A DNA stretch of 64,000 bases from the NCBI GenBank assembly GCA_965541585.1, contig CBEUCH010000002.1, positions 128,001 through 192,000 on the forward strand. The letters run 5' to 3'. Made by a program: the position numbers and the translations under genes. A model generated the notes under the pieces. That model saw only the letters and a list, made by a program, of their open reading frames with translations. It was not told where the DNA came from and searched no databases. The DNA comes from an uncultured bacterium. GTDB taxonomy: Bacteria > Zixibacteria > MSB-5A5 > UBA10806. Below are positions 47,291 to 55,542 of this stretch, piece after piece (position 1 is the first letter of the stretch; the number at the start of each line of letters is the position of its first letter).

Positions 47291-48325
47291 ATGGCAAGAA
47301 ATATCTCGACACGTATGGCCTTTGGGATTGGGGCCCGGACATTAAAGAATATAATGGTAAACAAGCCGATCTCTATTGCTCTCGAGGTAACGCATAACTG
47401 CACCGCCAATTGCCGTCATTGCGACAAGGGCGCGCCTGTCGAGGACAACGCTATCGGCGTAGCCGAATATAAGAGGATCTGCGAGAGTCTTACTCCCAGC
47501 GTAATTCAGATAGCCGGCGGCGAGCCGCTAAAACGCAAAGAACTGCCGGAGATAGTGCGGGCGTTGCACAGGCCCCACCGGCCGCCGCTTCTGGCGGTGG
47601 TCACCAACGCCTCGCTTCTGACGAAACAGATATATCTCGAACTCAGGGATGCGGGCGTAAATGAATTTTCGATATCGCTGGATTTCCCCGATAGCCGTCA
47701 TGACGATTTCCGCCGCATCCCGGGATTGTTCGAAAAACTCGACAAACTGATCCCGGAACTTCATGCGCTTGGGAATAATGACGTTATAGTCAACTGCTGT
47801 ATAACGCGGGCCAATTACCCGTATCTCCTGGATATCGCCAGAAAGGTCTCGGACTGGGGCGTGAGGCTGAATTTTTCGACCTATACCGACCTTCGCACCG
47901 ACGATAAACAGTATAACCTCCGCCACCCGGAGGACACCGAAAAATTGAGCGCCATAATCGACGAGATGTATTCCCGTCGAAACGGCTACCACTCCGTAAT
48001 GAATCCCGAGCGGGTGCTGCGTCGTTTCAACCAGTTTTACAAGAACGGCTGTTATATGCCGGGTTGTGATAATGGCAGGAGATTTTTGATTGTCAACCCT
48101 GACGGCAGGTTGACGCCGTGCGCCATGTTTTTTGAGCCACGTTATGACAGCCAGAAAGAGCTTATCGAACAGTTTTCAGACAAAAAGGCCTGCGGCGGAT
48201 GTTACATAGCGCTGCGCTCGAACACCGAAAAATCACCCTGGCATCTGCTATTTGATAACCTGAAATATGTCAGGGTCAACGGAAAAAGACGCAGGCAAGT
48301 GGCGGGGAGAGCGACCGGCCGATAA
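47291..48325 (+). CDS. radical SAM protein with twitch/SPASM-like C-terminus
   Basis: CTANCRHC, GGEPL, VNPDGRLTPC, CGGC; start moved to ATG 47291 (ggag RBS). Confidence 0.85.
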   Translation: MARNISTRMAFGIGARTLKNIMVNKPISIALEVTHNCTANCRHCDKGAPVEDNAIGVAEYKRICESLTPSVIQIAGGEPLKRKELPEIVRALHRPHRPPLLAVVTNASLLTKQIYLELRDAGVNEFSISLDFPDSRHDDFRRIPGLFEKLDKLIPELHALGNNDVIVNCCITRANYPYLLDIARKVSDWGVRLNFSTYTDLRTDDKQYNLRHPEDTEKLSAIIDEMYSRRNGYHSVMNPERVLRRFNQFYKNGCYMPGCDNGRRFLIVNPDGRLTPCAMFFEPRYDSQKELIEQFSDKKACGGCYIALRSNTEKSPWHLLFDNLKYVRVNGKRRRQVAGRATGR

Positions 48326-48350
48326 AAAAACCCCGGCCTGATTGACCGGG
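48324..48350 (-). terminator. Rho-independent terminator
   Basis: Minus strand ccccggtc-aatca-ggccgggg followed by T7. Confidence 0.75.
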
Positions 48351-48544
48351 GCCCGGATGCCGGGTGCCTTGTGGGCATGGCGCTTCGCAGGTTATCCCGA
48401 CAATTCCTTCAAAGATCTCGCTGAATAGAACTATGTTTTGATATGTATGGTTTCTACTTTTCAGCAGGTTTTTCGCAGGGTTATCTTACAGATCTCCATG
48501 ATATTATGATATCCATGCGGGTCCATTTAGAACTTCCCTTAATA

Positions 48545-49432
48545 TCATTTTAGATATTCAGAAAGGCTTTCGCCGAAGCTTCGCGGGCGGAAATCGAAAA
48601 GCTCAAATAATGACCTGTCATCGGTATAGTTATCATCAAGCAGCATGGTTATCTGCTCGCCGGTGACGGGAAACCATGAGAACCGTCCCCATAGGGCCGC
48701 TTTCAATCTCATTATTCCCACAGGCGTATGGATCTTCCGGACCTTCTTTTTTCCGATAGCTTCTCCGATAATATCCAGGATCCGGTTAAATGATAGAACC
48801 TCCGGCCCGCCGAATTCGAATACCTTTCCGATGGAGCGATCATCGCTGATTGCTCTTACGAAGCCTGTGCAGACATCATCGATATGCACCGGCTGCAGCC
48901 TGTATTCACCGTCGCCTATCACCGGCACGACGGGCAGGTATTTGATCATGCGAGAGAACATGCCGGTCAGATGGTCACCCGGCCCGGTAATCATGGATGG
49001 CCTGAAGATAGTCCAGTTCAACCCGGATGATCTCAAATATTCTTCGGCTTTGAATTTTGATCTAATATAGCCGGTTTTCCCGTCGGGTCCCACTCCCAAG
49101 GCTGACATCTGCAGAAAACGAGAGATGCCTCTCGCTTTTGCAAAATCTACGAGATTCTTGGTGACCAGGGAATGAGCATTTTCAAAAGTCACGCCCCTTG
49201 ATGGAAACTCCCTGATTATGCCGACCAAGTTGATGATAACATCGCTGCTTTTATCCAGATCGGTAAGCGGTTGGCCCGGATCAAGCGAAACAGTTTCGAC
49301 TTCAGAGCGCTCGGGGATTTTCGCCTTCGAGCCGGGTTTTACAACGAGGGTTACGTGATGCCCGTCTCCCACCAACATTCTTACCAATGCCGAGCCGACA
49401 AAGCCGGTGCCTCCGGCGATGATTATTCTCAT
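48545..49432 (-). CDS. NAD-dependent epimerase / complex I NDUFA9-family protein
   Basis: MRIIIAGGTGFVG, NLVGII, MSALG, YIRSK, QPVHIDDV. Confidence 0.88.
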   Translation of the reverse strand: MRIIIAGGTGFVGSALVRMLVGDGHHVTLVVKPGSKAKIPERSEVETVSLDPGQPLTDLDKSSDVIINLVGIIREFPSRGVTFENAHSLVTKNLVDFAKARGISRFLQMSALGVGPDGKTGYIRSKFKAEEYLRSSGLNWTIFRPSMITGPGDHLTGMFSRMIKYLPVVPVIGDGEYRLQPVHIDDVCTGFVRAISDDRSIGKVFEFGGPEVLSFNRILDIIGEAIGKKKVRKIHTPVGIMRLKAALWGRFSWFPVTGEQITMLLDDNYTDDRSLFELFDFRPRSFGESLSEYLK

Positions 49433-49582
49433 TCCCTGGTCCTCATTGCAATGAGATGAATATATTAAATAGATGCAAAGATGCAAATTAATTAGGAATT
49501 AAGGAGATGACCTAAAATCGATTGACCGATACGCAATCCCCCGGTAATATTGTGAAAAGGATCTTAACGGGGAGGCGATCTT

Positions 49583-50230
49583 ATGCTGCCGAATTTGATC
49601 TCCTTAGTACGAGTGGCCCTGGTGTTTGTGGCTATCTGGCTTTTCACGCTGGGATTCTACTCCAGACTTTCGGCTACACTCTTGACCATATTGATAATCT
49701 ACATGGATTCCCTTGACGGCTATGTTGCTCGCAAGCTGAATGTCGCCTCCGATTTCGGCGCACTCTTAGATATCGCCGGCGATCGTATAGTAGAGGCTGC
49801 TTATTGGATATTTTTTGCCTGGCAGGGGCTTTTCAGTTTCTGGGTGCCGATGATTGTTGTCACCCGCGGCTTCATGACCGACCTGATCAGAAGCGCCGCC
49901 TTCGCCGAGGGTAAGACCCCTTTCGGCAAGAAAACGCATCTGGAATCGAAAATCGCCCGCTTTATCTGCGCCAGCCGGTTTTCCCGCGGGGTATATGCGG
50001 GCACTAAAGTGGTCGCCTTCGTCTGGTTGGGGATATATCTGACGGTCATTTCCGGCATAGAAAGGTTTGGCTGGAGTATTGCGGATTCGATCGTGCAAAT
50101 CATATATACGGTTGGAATCGTACTGGTCTATATTACGGTCGTGATGTGTATAATCAGGGGAATTCCCATAATCTGGGAATCGAGACATCTGCTTCTGGCG
50201 AAGAAATACCCATGGAAAACCCCCGATTGA
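49583..50230 (+). CDS. CDP-alcohol phosphatidyltransferase
   Basis: DSLDGYVAR...FGALLDIAGD signature. Confidence 0.9.
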   Translation: MLPNLISLVRVALVFVAIWLFTLGFYSRLSATLLTILIIYMDSLDGYVARKLNVASDFGALLDIAGDRIVEAAYWIFFAWQGLFSFWVPMIVVTRGFMTDLIRSAAFAEGKTPFGKKTHLESKIARFICASRFSRGVYAGTKVVAFVWLGIYLTVISGIERFGWSIADSIVQIIYTVGIVLVYITVVMCIIRGIPIIWESRHLLLAKKYPWKTPD

Positions 50231-50868
50231 TCGTTTTCGATATCGATGGTACGCTTTTGCCCGGCACCTCCTGCGAGCGGCTGTTTTTCAGGCATTTATT
50301 GCGTAAGAGAATAATCGGCCTGCGGAATTTATTCAGTTTCGGAAAAAGAGCGATAGCCCTGGTACCCAGGGGATACGCCTATGCCCTTAAAGCCAATAAG
50401 GGCTACCTGCGCGGATTCTCGCCGGATTATATGGCTGGAATCGGGCGGGAGTTTTTTAAAGATCAGGTATCAAAAAGAATATCGGCGAAAGGAATCTCGC
50501 GGATCGAGGAACACCGTCGAAACGGTGACAACATAATATTACTATCGGGCATGTCGGATTTCCTGTTACGAAATTTCTCAGAATATCTCAACGTTGATGA
50601 ACAGATTGGCAGCACACTCGAGATCGATGCCGGTAAATTCACCGGCCGGACAATCGGTCACTTTCCCCTGGCCAAAGGAAAGATCGAGGTATTAATGCCG
50701 CTGCTTGAAAAATACCGCCTTGACTGGTCCGATCTGACCGCCTATGCGGATCATGGTCTCGATAGATACCTGCTGGAAAAGGTCGGTCATCCGGTGGCGG
50801 TCAATCCCGGAGCGGATCTTAAGAAGATAGCTAAGAGTAATGGCTGGCCTGTAGAGAGTTTCGATTAG
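50212..50868 (+). CDS. HAD-IB family phosphatase
   Basis: FDIDGTL, LLSG, AYAD..D, VGHPVAVNP. Confidence 0.85.
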   Translation: MENPRLIVFDIDGTLLPGTSCERLFFRHLLRKRIIGLRNLFSFGKRAIALVPRGYAYALKANKGYLRGFSPDYMAGIGREFFKDQVSKRISAKGISRIEEHRRNGDNIILLSGMSDFLLRNFSEYLNVDEQIGSTLEIDAGKFTGRTIGHFPLAKGKIEVLMPLLEKYRLDWSDLTAYADHGLDRYLLEKVGHPVAVNPGADLKKIAKSNGWPVESFD

Positions 50869-50924
50869 GCGCTTAACTTTATTTTTCGCTTCAAAATAAC
50901 CTTGCATTGCCATATCTTCCGCCT

Positions 50925-52442
50925 ATGCGTGTACTGTTATTGAATCCTCCGTTTCTGGCGCCCGGAGATGCAGGTCTCGGATTGTCCTTTCCCATGGGTC
51001 TGGCATATCTGGGGGCGGCGTTAAAGAAAGCCGGTATCGAAGTGGAAGCCCTCGATGCGGCGGCGGAGGCCTCGCCTGTAGAGGTCGAAAAAGGTCTGAT
51101 GTGCTACGGCCTGGAGCCAGATGAACTTCATAAACGTATTGCAGATATCAAACCGGACGTGGTAGGCATAAGCTGTTTTTTCTCATCCCGTTTCCCGGCC
51201 GTGCTGGAAGCGGCCAAGATCATAAAAGAGATCGATAACAAGATAATAACCATAACGGGAGGAATACATCCGTCATTAATGCCCGAAGGCGTCTGCTCGC
51301 ATCCGGAGATCGATTTCGCCGCGGTCGGCGAGGGCGAGCGGATCATCGTTGACTTTGTCGATGCGGTATCCGGTGAAACATCTTTCGATGATATCGAGGG
51401 CCTGGCTTTCAAAAAGGATGGACAGGTCATCGTCAACTCCAGGAACAGCTATATAGAGGATCTCGATGACCTCGGCTTCCCCGCCTGGGACCTGTTCGAT
51501 ATGGAACGCTATCTCACTATAGGCGAAGGCCGCTGGGGATTGGGCTACGGCCGTTATGCCCCGGTTGTTACATCCCGCAGTTGCCCCTACCGATGCACCT
51601 TCTGCAGTATTCATTCGGTTATGGGGCCGAAATACCGCGCCCATTCCCCCGGTTATGTGGTCGATATGATCGAAACTCTCGTTAGGAAATACGGCGTCGA
51701 TGAGATCTCATTCGAGGACGACAATCTAACGTATGATAAGAATAGATTCGTTGATATCTGCAAAGGTATAGCGGATCGGCAGATAAAAATCCGCTGGAAT
51801 ACACCTAACGGCGTTCACGTGGGATCGCTGGATCGGGATTCGCTGGAATGGGCAAAAAAAGCCGGATGCGATTCGCTGAACCTGGCGGTTGAATCGGGCG
51901 ATGATTTCATCAGGAATAAAGTCATAAAGAAGGGCTTGAACTCTGAGAAGATCTACGAGGTCGCGGAGGCTTGCCGGGAGGCAGGGATCAGGGCCAACGC
52001 TTATTTTGTCATCGGGATGCCGGGCGAGACCGAGGATTCGATAAGTAAATCGCAAAAGTTTATCAGAGATCTCAAGTTCAATAACCTCTCCATATTCATC
52101 GCCACGCCGATGCCCGGCACGAAGCTATATGATGAATGTATCGAGAAGGGATATATCGACGTGGATTCGTTTGATACCGATTTCATCAGCTACCAGGCGA
52201 CGATCTTCACACAGCCGTCGATCCGGACGCCGGATTTCGACAGGGAAAAGATTATGATCTGGCGTCACCGTTTATACGTGGCCTATTACAGGGCGACGCT
52301 GAGAGACAGATTCTGGGGCTGGCTGTTCACCAGTCCCCGGGCCTGGGTATCGATGATGATGAAGATTGCGCTGTATGCCTTATTCGGAGCGCGGCGGAGC
52401 TATAAGCTGACGGAATTTATCAAGAGCCTGGTAAAAAGATAA
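50925..52442 (+). CDS. B12-binding domain radical SAM protein
   Basis: PMGLAYL, GGIHPS, GEGE, SRSCPYRCTFC, GMPGET. Confidence 0.9.
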   Translation: MRVLLLNPPFLAPGDAGLGLSFPMGLAYLGAALKKAGIEVEALDAAAEASPVEVEKGLMCYGLEPDELHKRIADIKPDVVGISCFFSSRFPAVLEAAKIIKEIDNKIITITGGIHPSLMPEGVCSHPEIDFAAVGEGERIIVDFVDAVSGETSFDDIEGLAFKKDGQVIVNSRNSYIEDLDDLGFPAWDLFDMERYLTIGEGRWGLGYGRYAPVVTSRSCPYRCTFCSIHSVMGPKYRAHSPGYVVDMIETLVRKYGVDEISFEDDNLTYDKNRFVDICKGIADRQIKIRWNTPNGVHVGSLDRDSLEWAKKAGCDSLNLAVESGDDFIRNKVIKKGLNSEKIYEVAEACREAGIRANAYFVIGMPGETEDSISKSQKFIRDLKFNNLSIFIATPMPGTKLYDECIEKGYIDVDSFDTDFISYQATIFTQPSIRTPDFDREKIMIWRHRLYVAYYRATLRDRFWGWLFTSPRAWVSMMMKIALYALFGARRSYKLTEFIKSLVKR

Positions 52443-52453
52443 ATCCGGCCTGT

Positions 52454-53227
52454 TTATCTCAGCAGGATCATTTTCCTATCGAACGTTCTATCGGGAGCGG
52501 TCATCCTGACAATATAGATGCCTGAGGCGACCGGCTTGCCGGCGCTGTTTTTGCCGTCCCAGACTGCCAGGTGGTATCCGGCCGGCATTACCCCATGGAC
52601 CGGGACGTCGACCCTTCGCCCGACTATATCGTAGATCACGATTTTGACCTCCGACTCCTCCGGCAGGCCGAATTTTATGCTGGTCGAAGAATTAAAGGGG
52701 TTGGGATAGTTCTTATCCAGAACGTAATCGGCGGGGATGGACAGCGGGTCTTCCTCCTCCAGGCCGGTAAGAGGCTCGCCTATTACCTCGACCTTCCAGT
52801 AATACCAGGTAACGACGCGGTCGGGAAACATATCGAAGCTGTTCATGACCCAGGGGCCGTAGGAATCCAGGCCGACGTAATCGTCGAGGTGGCCGGGGCC
52901 GTCCACCTCCCTGTCGGTGTCATACCAGAAAAAATACCAGTTCACGCGATCCCCGCCCCAGTCGTTGAGCCTGACAGTGGCTCCGCTGGGCGAAAATATG
53001 TCGATCCAGACCTGCTCCGCCCAGGCATTGTTTTCATCGGTTCCGATGGCGATGAAGAAGTTTATATCCTCTATCATGACATGGACCGGCACGAATATGG
53101 TATCTGATATGCCGGTGGAATCGAAATCGGGGATCTCCAGGTTGACGTCGGACCGATATTCATACCTGTCGCCGTAAGCCGGCGAGGCCAGAAGCAATAG
53201 CGCCGTAATAATAAATATATATTTCAT
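52454..53227 (-). CDS. secreted P-domain-like protein with FlgD-like tail (copy B1)
   Basis: IPDFDSTGISDTI...SPSGATVRL...GPW resembles the proprotein convertase P-domain; KNYPNPFN tail. Confidence 0.7.
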   Translation of the reverse strand: MKYIFIITALLLLASPAYGDRYEYRSDVNLEIPDFDSTGISDTIFVPVHVMIEDINFFIAIGTDENNAWAEQVWIDIFSPSGATVRLNDWGGDRVNWYFFWYDTDREVDGPGHLDDYVGLDSYGPWVMNSFDMFPDRVVTWYYWKVEVIGEPLTGLEEEDPLSIPADYVLDKNYPNPFNSSTSIKFGLPEESEVKIVIYDIVGRRVDVPVHGVMPAGYHLAVWDGKNSAGKPVASGIYIVRMTAPDRTFDRKMILLR

Positions 53228-53976
53228 GGCATCACCTCCGGATCGATGAATTTGGTGATTTCGATGAGGTTGTATTTTTTCTCTCTGTCACCAGAAACAC
53301 CATACATGAATCGTGCATAGATCTGATAATTTCTAATCCTCATTTTGTTCGGTTTATCAACATATTCGAGAAAATAATTAATCTCCTCGTCGATCCGCTT
53401 GAACGCTTTTTCTTTAGCTATCATAAATGACGGCGAGATTTTTTCCACTTCCTTTTGCAAATTCGTCGCGTCGTATCTGAAATCGCCCGGGACAGCCCTG
53501 TAGAAAGAAAGGAATTTACCCAGCCAGCCGGATAAGACGTAGACGGTATCTCCGCGGGCATACTTGACATAGCATTCGCGCCGCCAAACCCCGCTATCGC
53601 CCATCGTAAATTCGTAACCGGTCAAGTTCTCCAGAACGAAATCATCGTAGTAAGTAGCGCGTATATTTCGCGTAAGTAAACTCTCGATCTCGGAAAATTC
53701 CGCATCTGTAAAGTTCGTAGTATCGGCGCCCTCCGGCGATCGGAAGTAATCAGCCGGGCTTTCAGGGTTTTCTCCCCTGGCCCAATCTTGTACTCCTATA
53801 CTAGCAATCGAAGATGGGAATATGCCGAGGTATATTTGCTGACTTCTGGAATATATTCTTATTGGCCCCACTAATCTAAATTCACTCTCACCTGCGTAAA
53901 CTGGTTGTAAAGAGAATAAAAGTAGCTGACCTATTATAATCCAGATTGCCTTATTTGTAAAAAATCGCCTTTTCAT
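53224..53976 (-). CDS. secreted hypothetical protein (paralog A1)
   Basis: Signal peptide; shares YARGDTxYVxSGWLGKFLSFYRAVPG with A2. Confidence 0.75.
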   Translation of the reverse strand: MKRRFFTNKAIWIIIGQLLLFSLQPVYAGESEFRLVGPIRIYSRSQQIYLGIFPSSIASIGVQDWARGENPESPADYFRSPEGADTTNFTDAEFSEIESLLTRNIRATYYDDFVLENLTGYEFTMGDSGVWRRECYVKYARGDTVYVLSGWLGKFLSFYRAVPGDFRYDATNLQKEVEKISPSFMIAKEKAFKRIDEEINYFLEYVDKPNKMRIRNYQIYARFMYGVSGDREKKYNLIEITKFIDPEVMP

Positions 53977-54009
53977 GGCATCACATCCTCATCCATGAAT
54001 CCGGCCTGT

Positions 54010-54783
54010 TTATCTGAGCAGGATCATTTTCCTATCGAACGTTCTATCGGGTGCGGTCATCCTGATCATATAGATGCCTGAGGCGACCGGTTTGCCGGTG
54101 CTGTTTCTGCCGTCCCAGACTGCCACGTGGTATCCGGCCGGCATTACCCCATGGACCGGGACGTCGACCCTTCGCCCGACTATATCGTAGATCACGATTT
54201 TGACCTCCGACTCCTCCGGCAGGCCGAATTTTATGCTGGTCGAAGAATTAAAGGGGTTGGGATAGTTCTTATCCAGAACGTAATCGGCGGGGATGGACAG
54301 CGGGTCTTCCTCCTCCAGGCCGGTAAGAGGCTCGCCTATTACCTCGACCTTCCAGTAATACCAGGTAACGACGCGGTCGGGAAACATATCGAAGCTGTTC
54401 ATGACCCAGGGGCCGTAGGAATCCAGGCCGACGTAATCGTCGAGGTGGCCGGGGCCGTCCACCTCCCTGTCGGTGTCATACCAGAAAAAATACCAGTTCA
54501 CGCGATCCCCGCCCCAGTCGTTGAGCCTGACAGTGGCTCCGCTGGGCGAAAATATGTCGATCCAGACCTGCTCCGCCCAGGCATTGTTTTCATCGGTTCC
54601 GATGGCGATGAAGAAGTTTATATCCTCTATCATGACATGGACCGGCACGAATATGGTATCTGATATGCCGGTGGAATCGAAATCGGGGATCTCCAGGTTG
54701 ACGTCGGACCGATATTCATACCTGTCGCCGTAAGCCGGCGAGGCCAAACGCAATAGCGCCGGTATAATGATTAAATACCTCAT
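54010..54783 (-). CDS. secreted P-domain-like protein with FlgD-like tail (copy B2)
   Basis: Near-identical to B1; 54127-54746 matches 52571-53190. Confidence 0.75.
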   Translation of the reverse strand: MRYLIIIPALLRLASPAYGDRYEYRSDVNLEIPDFDSTGISDTIFVPVHVMIEDINFFIAIGTDENNAWAEQVWIDIFSPSGATVRLNDWGGDRVNWYFFWYDTDREVDGPGHLDDYVGLDSYGPWVMNSFDMFPDRVVTWYYWKVEVIGEPLTGLEEEDPLSIPADYVLDKNYPNPFNSSTSIKFGLPEESEVKIVIYDIVGRRVDVPVHGVMPAGYHVAVWDGRNSTGKPVASGIYMIRMTAPDRTFDRKMILLR

Positions 54784-55523
54784 GGTATTACATCCTCGTC
54801 TATGAATCTGGTTACTTCTATTAAATTATATTTTAATGTCTCGCCCTGCCTGGTGTCATCAAAGATGAAGGTTGCATCTACCAGATAGTTCCTGACCCGC
54901 ATCATGTTTTCCTTATCAACGTATTCGAGCAGGTAGTTGCGTTCCTCGTCGATTTGCTTAAAAGACTTCCCTTTGGTTTTCCGATACGAAGGTGAAATAA
55001 GTTCAACCTGATTCTGCAATTCGTCAATATCATATCTGAAATTGCCCGGAACGGCCCTATAAAATGAAAGAAACTTCCCCAGCCAGCCGGATATGACATA
55101 TATTGTATCTCCCCGGGCATAATAAATGTGGTATTCGCGCCTGTGAACAGATCCTTTGCCCATGGTGTATTCATAGCCGTCTAAGTTTTCCAGGATAAAG
55201 TCATCGTAAAAGGAGTTATAGACGTTTTCTGTCAGCAACTCTCTTACTTCCGAAAATTCTCTGTCTATAATGGTCGTTGTATCGGCGCCATCGGGCTCCC
55301 GGAAATAATCACCGGGGGTCTTGGGAAATCGCTGCCGTATCCAGTCTTGCATATTTCCATCCGGCATTGGAAATTGATATGGGGTTAGATAATGAATATG
55401 GAGTGTATAGCCCTCCAGCGGTCTCTTTATGATCTTGAGCTCGCTGTCCGCCGCAACGGAGCTTTGAAGCAAGTTAATTGAGAACCATAACATTAGAACA
55501 TATTTAGCTTTTGAGATCATCAT
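54780..55523 (-). CDS. secreted hypothetical protein (paralog A2)
   Basis: Start moved to ATG 55523 (ggaggag RBS); diverged paralog of A1. Confidence 0.75.
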   Translation of the reverse strand: MMISKAKYVLMLWFSINLLQSSVAADSELKIIKRPLEGYTLHIHYLTPYQFPMPDGNMQDWIRQRFPKTPGDYFREPDGADTTTIIDREFSEVRELLTENVYNSFYDDFILENLDGYEYTMGKGSVHRREYHIYYARGDTIYVISGWLGKFLSFYRAVPGNFRYDIDELQNQVELISPSYRKTKGKSFKQIDEERNYLLEYVDKENMMRVRNYLVDATFIFDDTRQGETLKYNLIEVTRFIDEDVIP

Positions 55524-55542
55524 CTCCTCCAAAAGATAGTAA

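Noticed and set aside
52571..54746. B1/B2 as a DGR template/variable pair
   Set aside because: Both copies are intact ORFs, the core is identical, and the flanking differences are not adenine-specific
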